From: the human T2T-CHM13v2.0 reference genome, Homo sapiens
Strand: one strand, 5' to 3'
NCBI RefSeq assembly: GCF_009914755.1
Contig: NC_060925.1
DNA: 64,000 bases
Shown: piece after piece, positions 27,159 to 41,302 of the stretch
How the letters are laid out: each line of letters opens with the position of its first letter
Position numbering within the stretch: the first letter of the stretch is position 1
The notes under the pieces: model-generated
What the model was told of the DNA's origin: nothing
What the model saw: the letters and a program-made list of their open reading frames with translations, nothing else
The model's database searches: none
Translations under genes and position numbers: made by a program

Positions 27159-28643
27159 TAGATTAGTATTTTCTGAAACTTTTTGACCCAAATGAAATTA
27201 AAGTTTCGTGGAATAATACTTTTACTCTGTAATACATTCTGATATTTTGTTCTTTATTTTATTGTAGTTGATTCTGTGTTATTCTATTATATTCATTTAA
27301 AAAAAAATCCTGGCCCAAGGCCCAAAACATTCATTTCCAGATCTTTTAATGGGAAACAAACCCAGAGTTTGAGAGTTTGAAACACATTGATTGGTGCTGG
27401 GGTAGTTAAGAACTGTAAGTATATTTCTAAAGTGGGATGAGCATGAAGCCAGGGCTTTCTTACAAAGCACCTTTTTCTCTACCCTTATTATCTATATTTC
27501 TTTTGGTTTTGGTTGGGTTTTTTGTGTGGTTTAGGTTTTTCATACCCAGAGGTTAAAACTTCCTTGATGTACTCTTTTGTTGTGAACAAAGAGGAGTCAC
27601 AGGATAGAGAAATGTTAGAATGTTAGAAAACTGGAGTCTGATTTTTATAAAAACTTAAACTTTGCTGCTAGTAAGATTCTTTCATCTTAGTAAATGGAAA
27701 CAGAGACTATTAAAAATTTCTGTGCTGGAGGTGATTACTGACAACAACAACAAAAATACTTGCTCACAATATTTGTTATTTTTCCCATCTCAGAAAAAAA
27801 CATCAGCGAAACAAAGAGAAAGTATACTAATAAATAGAAGTTTTCATTCTATTATATTAATGGGGGAAAACTAAGTGAAGGAATAGGGGACCAACCTTGG
27901 CATTTCTGAAATTTATGCATCTTCACAACTATTATTTGAGGCCTCCTGTGTGCCAGAAATTGTGCTTGAGTTTCACGCCCTATAATGAGGTAAACAGATG
28001 CCCATCCCGGCTCTTCAGACCTAGTCTGTCCTGAAGACTTGCTGAGATTCTTGACCGTATGTTCATCCACAGTCATCCTGGGTACTTCATGTCAGTCTAA
28101 AAGAACTGTTAGGATTTATGTTCGTCATTTCCTCCACATTATATATCCAGCCTTGGGAGAAATCAGGGTCGAAGACAGATGGATATGCAATTCATTTCTT
28201 AGCACAAAGCAAGAAAGAAGCTAATTTGGTCATAAATATTAGTATATGTTCAGAGTCTAATGATAATTTTCTTTGTATTATTGCTCATGTTATTGATAGG
28301 TATTTACATGTAATTTTGGAAAGTAAACTTTCATAAACACGTCAGATTCTCAGTATATCTTAACAGTCCCCAAAAGGATAAAAACTATTATTCTAATGGA
28401 TGAACCAACTGGCCTAGACCATAGTATAAATAACTTGGTGTATGCTGAAATCACTGAAAACTGTTTGAGCAAGTAAATATTCGCAGGTAAGCCAGAAAAC
28501 TATTTCTGAGAGAGGCATAACTTTATGTATACACTGATCAGAAAATTATTTTGGACTTGGATTCCAATACTTCAGATTTCCTAGACAGAATTGTAACATT
28601 GATGTCACAAAGTTGTTCTAATGTTTTTTTTTCCCCTGTATAG

Positions 28644-28764
28644 TTGATTCATGCCGGGAAGGGAGAAGCCATCAGAATTAGGTCCATTTTGAGATCCCTC
28701 ATTCCCCTGGGAGATTTGGTGGGCGTTATCAGCATCGCTTTTCAGATGCCAACAATAGCCAAAG
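28644..28764 (+). CDS. RYR2: RYR2 exon 48 (121 nt)
   Basis: tatag|[44 protein letters not shown]|GTAAGG; phase 0-1. Confidence 0.97.
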
Positions 28765-28912
28765 GTAAGGCCAACTTCAATTTGTCCTAATTCAGTAGGA
28801 TGTTGGATGACATCATGTTCTAAAGAATGTTTTCCGTACTCAACATCCCAACCTCTCCACTTCCTAAATTATGTGTATACTACTTAAATTAGTTTTTTTA
28901 AAAAAGCTGTAA

Positions 28913-29231
<319 letters not shown>

Positions 29232-29512
29232 TTTTTTCCATTGTTTTTAAAGCTCATTGTTTTTAAAGCTGTGTTTGCTTTGGGATTTTAATTTTCTTTT
29301 ATATGACATTTCAGACAGCTTCCAGAGAAGCAGAAACATGCACTGCTACCCTCCATTGTCTTATGTCCTGCCTTGTGTCATTGGTCGCAAGCTCTTCTGT
29401 CTTTCTTGACCTTAGTTCCTTAGTTATGCATTTTGATAGTTTTCATTGTCACTTTCTTGTAATGCTTTTCTATTAAAAGCACTGATGATAGCTTTTGACT
29501 TAGAGATTTTAA

Positions 29513-29849
<337 letters not shown>

Positions 29850-30024
29850 AAAAAGAAGTGTTCTTTTCATGAGTAAGGAGAAAATGTTTTTCAAGATTAA
29901 AGAAGTTATTGAAGACAACTAAAATAAGTGTTAAATCCCAAATTATACTTTGTTTTTACTTTATCAAATGTAAGGTGTTTTTTTTCAGTTTTCAATACTT
30001 TATTGGATATTTATACATAAATCA

Positions 30025-30366
<342 letters not shown>

Positions 30367-31138
30367 AAAACATAATTAGGCAGGAAGTGCATGCTATATA
30401 TATTCCTTTTCTTTCATTAATTATGCCCCTAGAGAAGGCAGGCTATAATAGCTCAAGTCTAGAATGAAAGGGGTCACCATATACCTGAAGGTAGCTCATC
30501 CTGTTTGCCAGTCATGATTATGAGAAAGTAAAGCTTCATGTATGCTAACCTTACAAACCCAAATCTACAAGGTGGCAAAACTACCATAATAATTGAACGC
30601 CCATTATAGCTTTAGGCAAAGCTAGAAATTAAAAATCTTCCCCGCCTTTGGCTTCCCCATTTGAGACAGTTTCTTTTCCTTGTGCATCTGTAGCTCATCT
30701 TCCTTTGCTGTCTCTGTACCTCTCTTCTAACTCATTTTCATTTGCTTAAGGAAAATATCTTTTCTTTACTCTATACTTTGAGCCACAAAATAGACACTAT
30801 CAGGACAAAGATAATAATAGTACCAGTGACATACAGATTAGGAAATAGGGAAGCATTAAATTTTGTAATAACATAATAACAAAGAACCAAGAACATAGAT
30901 TGTAAGAGAGCCCAGGGGTCCTTTACAGAATGGGCCCCAAAGTTTCCAGGTACCTCCTCGTTTCCTCCAGTCATCTGCCTTTAGCAGCCTTCAAGAGTTT
31001 TCAAGTTGCTTTCTTTCCTTTTGTAGTTAGTTGTGCTCTAATATGTTATTTTTCTTCAAATATATGCAGTATATTGTCTACATCGGGAGTCACAGTGGTT
31101 TGTGTGTGTGTTTGTGAATTTTGTATCAGTCACAATGA

Positions 31139-31494
<356 letters not shown>

Positions 31495-31511
31495 AAATCT
31501 CTGCTTTTTTC

Positions 31512-31667
31512 AGCCAGGTGTGGTGGTGCACGCCTGTAGTCCCAGCTACTCAGGAGTCTGAGGCAGGAGAATCACTTGAACCTGGGAGACGGAGGTTGCA
31601 GTGAGCCACGGCCGTGCCACTGCACTCCAGCTTGGGCAGCAGAGCAAGACTCTGTCTCAAAAAAAAA
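31512..31667 (+). mobile_element. Alu right monomer, head-to-head with the AluY
   Basis: agccaggtgtggtggtgcacgcctgtagtcccagc...ctgtctcaaaaaaaaa. Confidence 0.88.
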
Positions 31668-32033
31668 TTTTTTTTTTTACTGCTTTCCTTTTGTGGAGAA
31701 TGTAGACAGAAACCTGTAGGTTTTTATGTCACCATAGCTGTGCATTTAACTTTATGTGGCTGTGCATTCACTGCAGAGCTTCAACCACCAATATTTCTTT
31801 CTCCTTTTCAATGACAACTCAATTGGTCTATAAGCATCACCAAGTAGCAGTAATAATGGTTATTATACATTCCATATTTAGTATGTGAAGTTTGTCTCTA
31901 AAGAATGATATTTTCCCTTCTCAGGATTAGCTAGGGTCTTCCTCAGACATTTTTATCATATTTATTTCCAAGCTAGAGTATGCCTCAGAATAATAATGAA
32001 AGAAGGAGGGGTTCAGAAAACTTGAGGAACAAG

Positions 32034-32332
32034 CACATAATCTTGCAGCTCTTGGCCCAGACTGATTTGGCCGCCCTGTCTGAGGCAGTAATTGTGGGTG
32101 GATGAATACAGCAGGCACTGCTGGTAATTGCGGGTGGATGTATACAGCAGGCACTGCGGGGTGACACTGCTGCTCTGTTGTCTCCAGTGTGTTTGAGGAG
32201 ATGGTGCAAATAAAACAGCAACTTGAGCCAATCCGTGAGTCTTGAGTTACAGGCAGATGCATTTGTGGCATTCATTAGAAACAATGTCTGCTTGGATAAG
32301 AGCTTAAAAAGCAAAGCATATAGAGCAGGATC
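32034..32332. repeat. Unassigned ~300-bp intronic element, copy B (intron 48)
   Basis: Direct homolog of 23164-23463; 36-bp tandem unit at 32088-32159. Confidence 0.9.
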
Positions 32333-32489
32333 GGTGAGCTTCTCCCTTTTTCCCTAGGCACAGCTACGGTTTAAGATAATAGAACACTGTACATTTAAAT
32401 TCCTTTTTAATGCGATTTTTAGGAGAATTGAAATTGAATTTTATATAGATTTTTAATTGAAAATCATAATATACTGATTTGACACTAAG

Positions 32490-32730
32490 GTTAAGTCAGC
32501 TTTGGCTGGATTTTAAATCCAGTTTTAGTTGGTTTAAATACAACTCTGTCAGTTACTAGGTATGTGACCTTGGACTAGTTACTTCTCTAAAGGCTAGTTT
32601 TCGTCATTCATTGAATAAGAGTCATGATAGCAGCCTCACAGTTGGGTTGTGGGAATTGTGTAAGATCGTGTCAGTAACATTCCTAGTGCAGTACCCGACA
32701 ACAGCACAACACATCAGAACTATTATTCTT
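32490..32730 (+). mobile_element. MIR
   Basis: tgtgaccttggactagttactt...cctcacagttgggttgtgggaatt; approximate. Confidence 0.6.
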
Positions 32731-33761
32731 ATAATGTAAGGAAAGGAATGTATTAGTTATATTGGGTGTTATAATTATAAGGAACGAATACTACCAGGCA
32801 TTATCCTTTCATCTAGTTTCCTTTAGAACATTATTTGTTTGTTTTCATGATTCACATATAAAATTTTTTCATTGACTATACGTGGAAACAGAAAAGTTGT
32901 CATTTTATTCATCAGTTTATTCAGGATGATTGTGGTCATGTGTCTTCTTTCTCTGAGTTCTTGTTTCTTTGATGTTGTATCCATATGAAAATTTCTGTGA
33001 TAGTATTTGTAGAAGAGTACAGTGTGTGGTCAGCACCAGTTTGGCGTAATTATCATGTGGTCAAACAGGAAGTAAATAAATTCTTCAGTATTTGAAATTG
33101 GCACATAATCCCATGATTTCTCATATCAGCGGTCCCCAATTAGGGAACCTACGGAGTGACTATAAGGAATTCACTAATCTCTATAGGCATAAAGCTTTAA
33201 GTGTTGATAGAGAAAGCAATATGACCCTTAAATGCACGTTAAATGCTATTATGATTAATGAAACATATTTCATATGAAAGCCATACTGGTTTTATAGTGT
33301 CATTTCATCATTTCGTTATTGTTCTAAGACGTGAAAATGTAAATATACCAAGATTATCACATAAAGGTAGATGAGCTTTATTCATGTTTAAAACAGGCTC
33401 ACTTAGAAAAGAGTGAACATCCCCACTTCACATTTTCACTTTTCATGGATTTCACTTGGAGTTTTAGAAAGTAGATTTTGGATGCCTGTTTGTTTCTCCT
33501 AAGTATCTAACAATGCCATGTCTTGTATCCTGTATGCAGTTAACAAGTGGATGCCTATATAACAGTTAAATGACCTTGGCTTTACATTCACTGCCTTATT
33601 TCCTCAGCAAACTCCCATAATAGCTTGAGGGTAGTCGAAGAACAGAAAGCCATTTCATTGAAAACTGTGTTTAAAATGTAAGAAGTCTAGAAAGCAGCCA
33701 TTTGTAATCTATCCTGTATATGACACAGCCATTGACACCAAAATTCACTTCTCTCTTTTAG

Positions 33762-33931
33762 ATGGGAATGTGGTGGAACCTGACATGTCTGCGGGGTTTT
33801 GCCCAGATCACAAGGCAGCCATGGTTTTATTCCTTGACAGGGTCTATGGGATTGAGGTTCAAGACTTCCTCCTCCATCTTCTTGAGGTTGGCTTTCTGCC
33901 AGATCTCCGGGCGGCTGCTTCTTTAGATACG
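33762..33931 (+). CDS. RYR2: RYR2 exon 49 (170 nt; R2474 at 33839-33841)
   Basis: tttag|[62 protein letters not shown]|GTGAGA; phase 1-0. Confidence 0.97.
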
Positions 33932-35194
33932 GTGAGATTGGAGCGATGGACTTCCTCCTCTCTTGACTCTTCACTCTGTGCCTTATGATGTTCTTTTTTA
34001 TATATCCATTCATTAATTTATTGACAATGAATGTTTATTGAGTACCTGTTATATTTTCAGGTAAGCCATGGGTAAACAGAAAATAAACTAGGCTATGTTC
34101 TCAAGGAATTCACTGAATAAACTGACAACCTCAAGAAACTTCCCACTGACCAAAAAGAATATGATAAGAATTCTGATAAGGTGCTATATGGGATTCAATA
34201 AGAGGTTCACATAACTCTAATTTGGGAGGTCACAGTGACTCCTGTTAACCTCTGTTCAGTATCAACTTCCAAATTGGCTTAAACAATTATGCTTCTCAAT
34301 AAAAGCAATGAAAGAATTAAGATGATTTAATGGATATTGTTGAGTCAGTATCATCTTGGTATCTTCGTTTGTTAAGGTACAAATGGATTGAAGGCTGTTC
34401 TGTATATTGGGTGGCCCACATGGAGAATCTGCCATTATCAGCTTAAATGTTCTTTTCTTTGAAACACTGTGGAATAAGCTGAAGTTCTAAATGTTATTGT
34501 AGTAGTTATGCTACTATACATATTTAATACCTACTTTCATGTACTCATTAATTTTATCAATTAAATGTGCTTTTTTGATTTCAAAGCACATTAGGACTTG
34601 AGCCGACAGTAGCCCCTTCATGAAATATATGAGAGCAGAATCACAAAAATGAAATGAAAATTTCTTTTTTCTTTGTTTTGTGTATTCACCTGACGTTGTG
34701 GACCTGGATAGTATGGGCGATAACATAGTAGTAATACAGTTATCCTTTGGTTATTGGTGCTGATAGACATGAGAAGAATAAATATGAATAATAAAGAGAA
34801 TTCAGAAAGAATTTACGCATATGAGATCTATTGTGAGAATAAGCTCCTCTCTTTGCCTAGCAAAGGAAAATACTCACATCTGTGATATTATTGTCTTCTT
34901 ACATTGATCCTACCATTGATATTTAATGATAGAGTCTGAACCTGTTAAGCTTTTTGAGGAGATAGGTGTCATTTCATTCATTTTTATCTATTTATGAACA
35001 ATGGATAGTTGATTGTTTTTAGTGGTAAAAATCATATGAACCCGACATTTAAAGATGTAACTAAAGAATACATTTCCATGTGTCATAGTGCTATCATCTT
35101 CCGGATAGTGAAATTGTATGTCCCCATGTTAATCCCTTTGAAGATTATCTACTGCCAAACACAAATGGCCTTCTACTCTCTGATTCTTTTTCAG

Positions 35195-35415
35195 GCAGCT
35201 TTGAGTGCTACAGACATGGCCTTGGCCCTCAATCGGTACCTTTGCACAGCCGTCTTGCCATTGTTAACAAGATGTGCTCCTCTCTTTGCTGGCACAGAGC
35301 ACCACGCTTCTCTCATTGACTCATTACTTCATACTGTGTATAGACTTTCTAAGGGCTGTTCACTTACCAAAGCTCAGCGGGATTCCATAGAAGTTTGTTT
35401 ACTCTCTATTTGTGG
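35195..35415 (+). CDS. RYR2: RYR2 exon 50 (221 nt)
   Basis: ttcag|[34 protein letters not shown]...[11 protein letters not shown]|GTGAGT; phase 0-2. Confidence 0.97.
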
Positions 35416-36728
35416 GTGAGTGGATAACAAATTCTATTCCGGCTTCTTCTTTAAAAAACAGAATTTACAATGTGGCCTTTGACAAATTATTTAGAATTTT
35501 GGAAACATTTTCCATACCACAAATTTAATTCATTTTAGGTAGTCCCATATACTGAGGTATGAGTCTTCTCTGATCGCCCTTGCTCCCAGTCAAGTTCCAG
35601 AGTGTTCCTCCAAGCCTCCCTAGGGTATCCAGCTGTTGGATATAGCTTTTGACCAGTTACAGAATACTATTCTGGATGTTGGGAGTGGGGAGTAATTGTG
35701 TTGGGAGTCCTTGGCCACTTTAGGTGAGATGAATAGATCTCCCCTTTTGACTGTGTTTGATGATTTAACTCATCTTCTAGAAGAGAAAAGAAAAAAGGGA
35801 CTTCTTAAATATAAAATGTGATACAGCATAATATTAAACCATATTTATGTGTGGCAACGATGAAGGCTGAATATTTCCTCCAACCTGGAAAACCATTTCC
35901 TATAAGTAGAAGTGCTAGAATGTCTTACAATGAAAACCAGAAACGTATCTCCCCCTGATGAAGTTTTGCCTGTGAAAGTGATAATTTCTCAAGCCCCTAG
36001 AAAGATCGTGGCTCATTTGTAACTGCTCAGGGACTCTTGCAGGTGCAGCCAGCAGCCTGGCAGTCCCTGGGGGAAGGGCAAGTTTTCACCCATGGGGGAG
36101 TGTCTGGGTTGAGAACCAGATGGCACTGAGGGAAGTGGAAAATCAGAAGAGTAATTCTTTAACTTCCCTAATCTAAGATTCTGTAAAATTGAACCAAAAT
36201 GCCTATCTCACAGATATTTTCTAAGTATTACATGAGGTAAAACACTTGCTGTTGCCTGACACAGTAGATGTTCACTGTGTACATTTTCTCTCCCTTCCTT
36301 CTCTGGCAAATTTGCTGTCTCAGCCTTTTTTTCCTCCTTTCTGTTCCAATATTCCCTCTTCTTTTTCTTCTTACCATCCATTGGAATGAGGGAAGAGACA
36401 TTTACTAAAGTTAATGGAGGAAAGTCTTAGGAAACAGTGGAGTCTGCATTTGTGAGTGGTTAGGAAAGAAAGGAGGAGAACAGAAACATCTTCTGTATCA
36501 AAGAAGGGGTGGTCTTCAGATCTAGGGGATAGAGATAAGTTGGGAAATCTAACCTTATATAAAATAAAGTAACTAAGTGGTTAATCTTTGGACAAAGAAC
36601 ATCTAATGAATACCATCTGAAGTGAGGTATAGATTCAGGTCCTTGGCTGATATAATTTATTCTAATGAATGATCTACTTAGTTTAGAAACATTTCTTGGC
36701 ATTATGAACATTAGCTTTGTTCCAACAG

Positions 36729-36819
36729 ACAACTGAGACCTTCTATGATGCAGCACTTACTCAGAAGATTAGTATTTGATGTTCCATTATTAAATGAACA
36801 CGCAAAGATGCCTCTTAAA
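36729..36819 (+). CDS. RYR2: RYR2 exon 51 (91 nt)
   Basis: aacag|[35 protein letters not shown]|GTAAGT; phase 2-0. Confidence 0.97.
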
Positions 36820-37073
36820 GTAAGTATAGGAAATGTTTGTAGATATTTGATTACTGGCTTCTCTGACTTTATTTTCTATGACAACATATACATTTCTTAG
36901 ATACATCATGCTTGACGCTGGGAAATTTCTCCCAATTATTGAAATGGGCATAGAAGTTATAGGAATGTATACATCAACTTGAAATAAACAACTTCTATAA
37001 GATTATAGAAATCTTAACATTGATTTCCATGGAAACAATGGAAATAGAAATCAATTGAAAAAAAAGGACCACA

Positions 37074-37398
<325 letters not shown>

Positions 37399-38882
37399 TT
37401 AAGTTGGAAAACATGGTAATAGGCCTGGCCTAAAATATTATTAGAAACCTCGAGAGATAAAGACGAGGCTTTAAAGACAACATTTTCTAAGTTAATAATC
37501 ACATGACAGGTTCCAATTGTCACTTCATAGGGTTCAAAGATAACCTCTCTGTATATGCAATTATAGTTTGTCACACAGCATAGAAAAATCACTGGTATTT
37601 TCTCTAACTTTATTATTCTGTTCAGGATCAAGTCTCACTCTATCTTACTGAGTTGGGAATGTTTTCTTGTCCTTTAATATCATAATCTAGACTCAGAATA
37701 TAGAATATAGTGTTTGCATCAAAGTTATATAGTAATGTGATGGATTTTTATAGATGACCACTCTGCAATGCCATCTAGTAGCATTATTTTTTCCCCAATG
37801 GCTACCCAGTACTAGTGCTGAAGAAGTATGAGATATAAAGAGTCTATATGGAGCTGTTACAGTAAGCATCCCTGGATATTTAGCAAAAGTAATCTTTCTC
37901 TATGAAAATTGACTTTGGTTTAATAAATCTGGATACATTAGTGAATTAGGTAAAATAAATTATATCCTTGATAAAAATTCTATTTTTATGTTTTTTTGTC
38001 ATCTTCAATAGTCCTTGTCTTGCAAAATTTTTTGATACAAATGAGCTGGAAAATTCGTGAAAAAAGATACAGTCTCATGCTGTTACCCTTATGCAATAAA
38101 ACTCTTTTACATTAGAGATATGTCAGTGTTAAGCCAAGCAAATTAGAACTCAATATTTCATCATTTGTGACTCCTAAATTGTGTGGATGTATGTATGTGT
38201 CCATTTTTTTTAACTGAAAGGGAAAGTAAATGAGTTGTAATATTTTAACAGTAAGACATGCAGTCCACTTTAATAACAGTAATTCTTATAATTTATTTTC
38301 TTCGTTAGATATAGGAAAGGGTCAAAATATGTATAGTCATAAGATCATTTTATTAATTTGACAAATATAGATCAAGAATAAATTATCCAAAGAACTACCA
38401 AATAATTGAAAGATTCTGTGCTTGTCCTTGACCTTCCAGTTTAGTTCTAAACAAGCAATATGCATAGGTGAAAATGTAAGGAGCAACGTAGACAATCAGT
38501 AAAGTAATAAATTGCATCCATAACCACCAAAGAAATGTAGACAAATAAGTGATCAGAGTAGAGCAATTTTGGAACTTCACTTGGAGAAGTAAGTTTTGTG
38601 GCAAGCCATAGAGAGGCAGAGAGGGAGCAAAAAGAATCACAGATGTATAGTTCCTTTATTGTGCTTCTGGGTCATCCTGACATCAGTCCCTTCATTTTAC
38701 ACACAGATTCCAAGATATTAATAACAATTCATTAAATTATTAGTAAATGATTAACGTAGAACTCAGGGATACATAGACATCCAAACAACCTCATAAAGAA
38801 TCCTGTTCAAGATATAGTTACTTGTAAAATTGGGCGTCTGGTCTTCATATTGCAATCAGTGTTAAATTTGAAAGAGACATAG

Positions 38883-39423
38883 TGTCTTAGCCGGGGTTCT
38901 CTAGAGGGACAGAACTAATAGGATAGATGTATATATGAAGGGGAGTTTATTAAGGAGTATTGACTCACACGATCACCGGGTGAAGTCCCACAATAGGCCG
39001 TCTGCAAGCTGAGGGGCAAGGAAGCCAGTTCAAGTCCCAAAACCTCAAAAGTAGGGAAGCCAACAGTGCAGCCTTCAGTCTGTGGCCGAAGGCCCGTGAG
39101 CCCCTGGCAAAGCACTAGTGTAAATCCAAGAGTCCAGAAGCTGAAGGACTTGGAGTCTGATGTTTGAGGGCAGGAAGCACCCAGCACGGGACAAAGATAA
39201 AGGCCAGAAGATAAAGGCAAGTCAGGTTCTTCTGCCTGCCTTTATCCTAGCCGTGCTGGCAGCTGATTAGATGGTGCCCACCCAGATTGAGAATGGGTCA
39301 GCCTCTCCCAGTCCACTGACTCAAATGTTAATCTCCTTTGGCAACCCCCTCACAGACACACCCAGGAACAATACTTTGCATCCTTAAATTCAATCAAGTT
39401 GACCCTCAATATTAACCATCACG
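38883..39423 (-). mobile_element. MLT2A (HERV-L) solo LTR
   Basis: ggttctctagagggacagaactaatagg...caatcaagttgaccctcaatattaaccatcac, the reverse complement of the MLT2 start TGTGATGGTTAATATTGAG. Confidence 0.88.
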
Positions 39424-39591
39424 TGTAGTATACACGGTGATAGTATTCTCCAAGATAATTTATATGGGATTGGGCAATTTCACTTCAGATGACCTTATAA
39501 TGTAGCATTAGAGTGTGATATGAGGAGAAATGAAAAAAAAATATAAAAGGTTTTGATAGCTCATTGCTTTTATAATTGTTTTCCCACATAG

Positions 39592-39732
39592 CTGCTGACA
39601 AATCATTATGAAAGATGCTGGAAATATTACTGCCTGCCTGGAGGGTGGGGAAACTTTGGTGCTGCCTCAGAAGAAGAACTTCATTTATCAAGAAAGTTGT
39701 TCTGGGGCATTTTTGATGCCCTGTCTCAAAAG
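39592..39732 (+). CDS. RYR2: RYR2 exon 52 (141 nt)
   Basis: catag|[53 protein letters not shown]|GTAATT; phase 0-0. Confidence 0.97.
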
Positions 39733-41138
39733 GTAATTTAATGGTTTGTGGGTTTGTTTGTATCAATAAAATGGTATAGAGCCACACATTCTTAGTAAGA
39801 TAGTATTCCTAGTTGAATACTATCTTTGCTAACCAAGACACGTATGGCTTGATTTTTTCTCTTTTCTCAACTTCATAACAAATGTTGAAAATGCAACTTA
39901 TATTTACTTAATCATTGTGGTAGCATTTTCCTTGTGATCATAACACTGTTTCTGAATATAAAATGGCTAAGCAGTTCAGGAAATTATGCACAAGGTTGAT
40001 AAGTTTCCGGTGCATTTGGACTCAAACTCTCCCTAGTCCCATCTCCAATCTTATAAAGGCCAAAGAAATTATATCCAATATAAAAATACAAAACATGAAA
40101 TCTTATGTAATTGTAATATCCCAGTGCCCTGCTAAAGTCTCCAGCTTTGCTGCTATGGAGATTTAGATACCGTCGCTCAATGTTGCATTGCATATGTGGC
40201 ATTGCCTTATAGTTGCAAAATTTATAATGAATAGTTCATATGTTTTCAGATGACTGACAGGTGTTGATCTTAGAGAAAAGGCAGAACAACAAGTTTTGTG
40301 TGTTCATCCTTAAATTAATCAAAATTAGTTTCAATTCCCAGATTGACATTATTAGATGATTGGAGTAGTATAACCACTAATTTGCTACATAATAGAAGAA
40401 AATTTGTCTGCAATTACATTTGGTAGCAACACTTTAATGCTTTTTCTTACCGAATTTCCTTTGGTAAACTGAGTCCTTTTAAAATAATGTGTAAGTATTT
40501 TTTAGAATCATTTACAACATTTATTTAACATTGAACATTTAAAGTGAAATAAATTATTACTATTATTTTTCAGAAAATCTATAAATATAAATTTAACTGT
40601 CATTAATATATAAATAGCTCTTCCTATAAATTTTTAGCATGCATACTTTCTATAGAATTTCTTTTCCAGCTCAGAATTTTATTTTTCAAAGCTTTATAAT
40701 GCAACATGGATCAGTTAAAATTTCTCATTCTCTAGAATGTTATGCTTTATGTTTTTTTATATGTAGTCATTATAATGTACAGGAATTATCTATAACTAAC
40801 TATAAGGAATGTAGTCCCTATTGACTGAAATTATGTTTATCTCTTAACAATATTTTACACATTGACAATATTAAAGTTTACTTCATTTCCAGTGTGTTGG
40901 AGAGTCAAAGATTTTATTCTCCTTAAGCTGAAACTTCAGTAAATCTAGCTGCAGCTTCTTTTCTGTTTGATGGGGTTTTAGGCCCTGTGTTTCATTTTCT
41001 GGAAAAAGAATGATCAGAGAGTTCAGTTAGTCCAGGGTAATTCAGATTTTCTTCTGCAACCTTCTGTCAGCCCTGATGATCATGCTGACAACTTTTGCCA
41101 TATAGTAATTTTTTTTTTTGGTCCTCCATTTTTCCCAG

Positions 41139-41302
41139 AAATATGAACAAGAACTTTTCAAACTGGCACTGCCTTGCCTGAGTGCAGTTGCGGGAGCTTT
41201 GCCTCCAGACTACATGGAGTCAAATTATGTCAGTATGATGGAAAAACAGTCATCAATGGATTCTGAAGGGAACTTTAACCCACAACCTGTTGATACCTCA
41301 AA
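41139..41302 (+). CDS. RYR2: RYR2 exon 53 (164 nt; start of RyR repeat 3)
   Basis: cccag|AAA, KYEQELFKLALPCLSAVAGALPPDY...GNFNPQPVDTS, AA|GTATGG; phase 0-2. Confidence 0.96.

Noticed and set aside
32088-32159. 36-bp repeats as a CRISPR-like array
   Set aside because: Only two directly adjacent units with no spacers, no cas genes, and the DNA is human.
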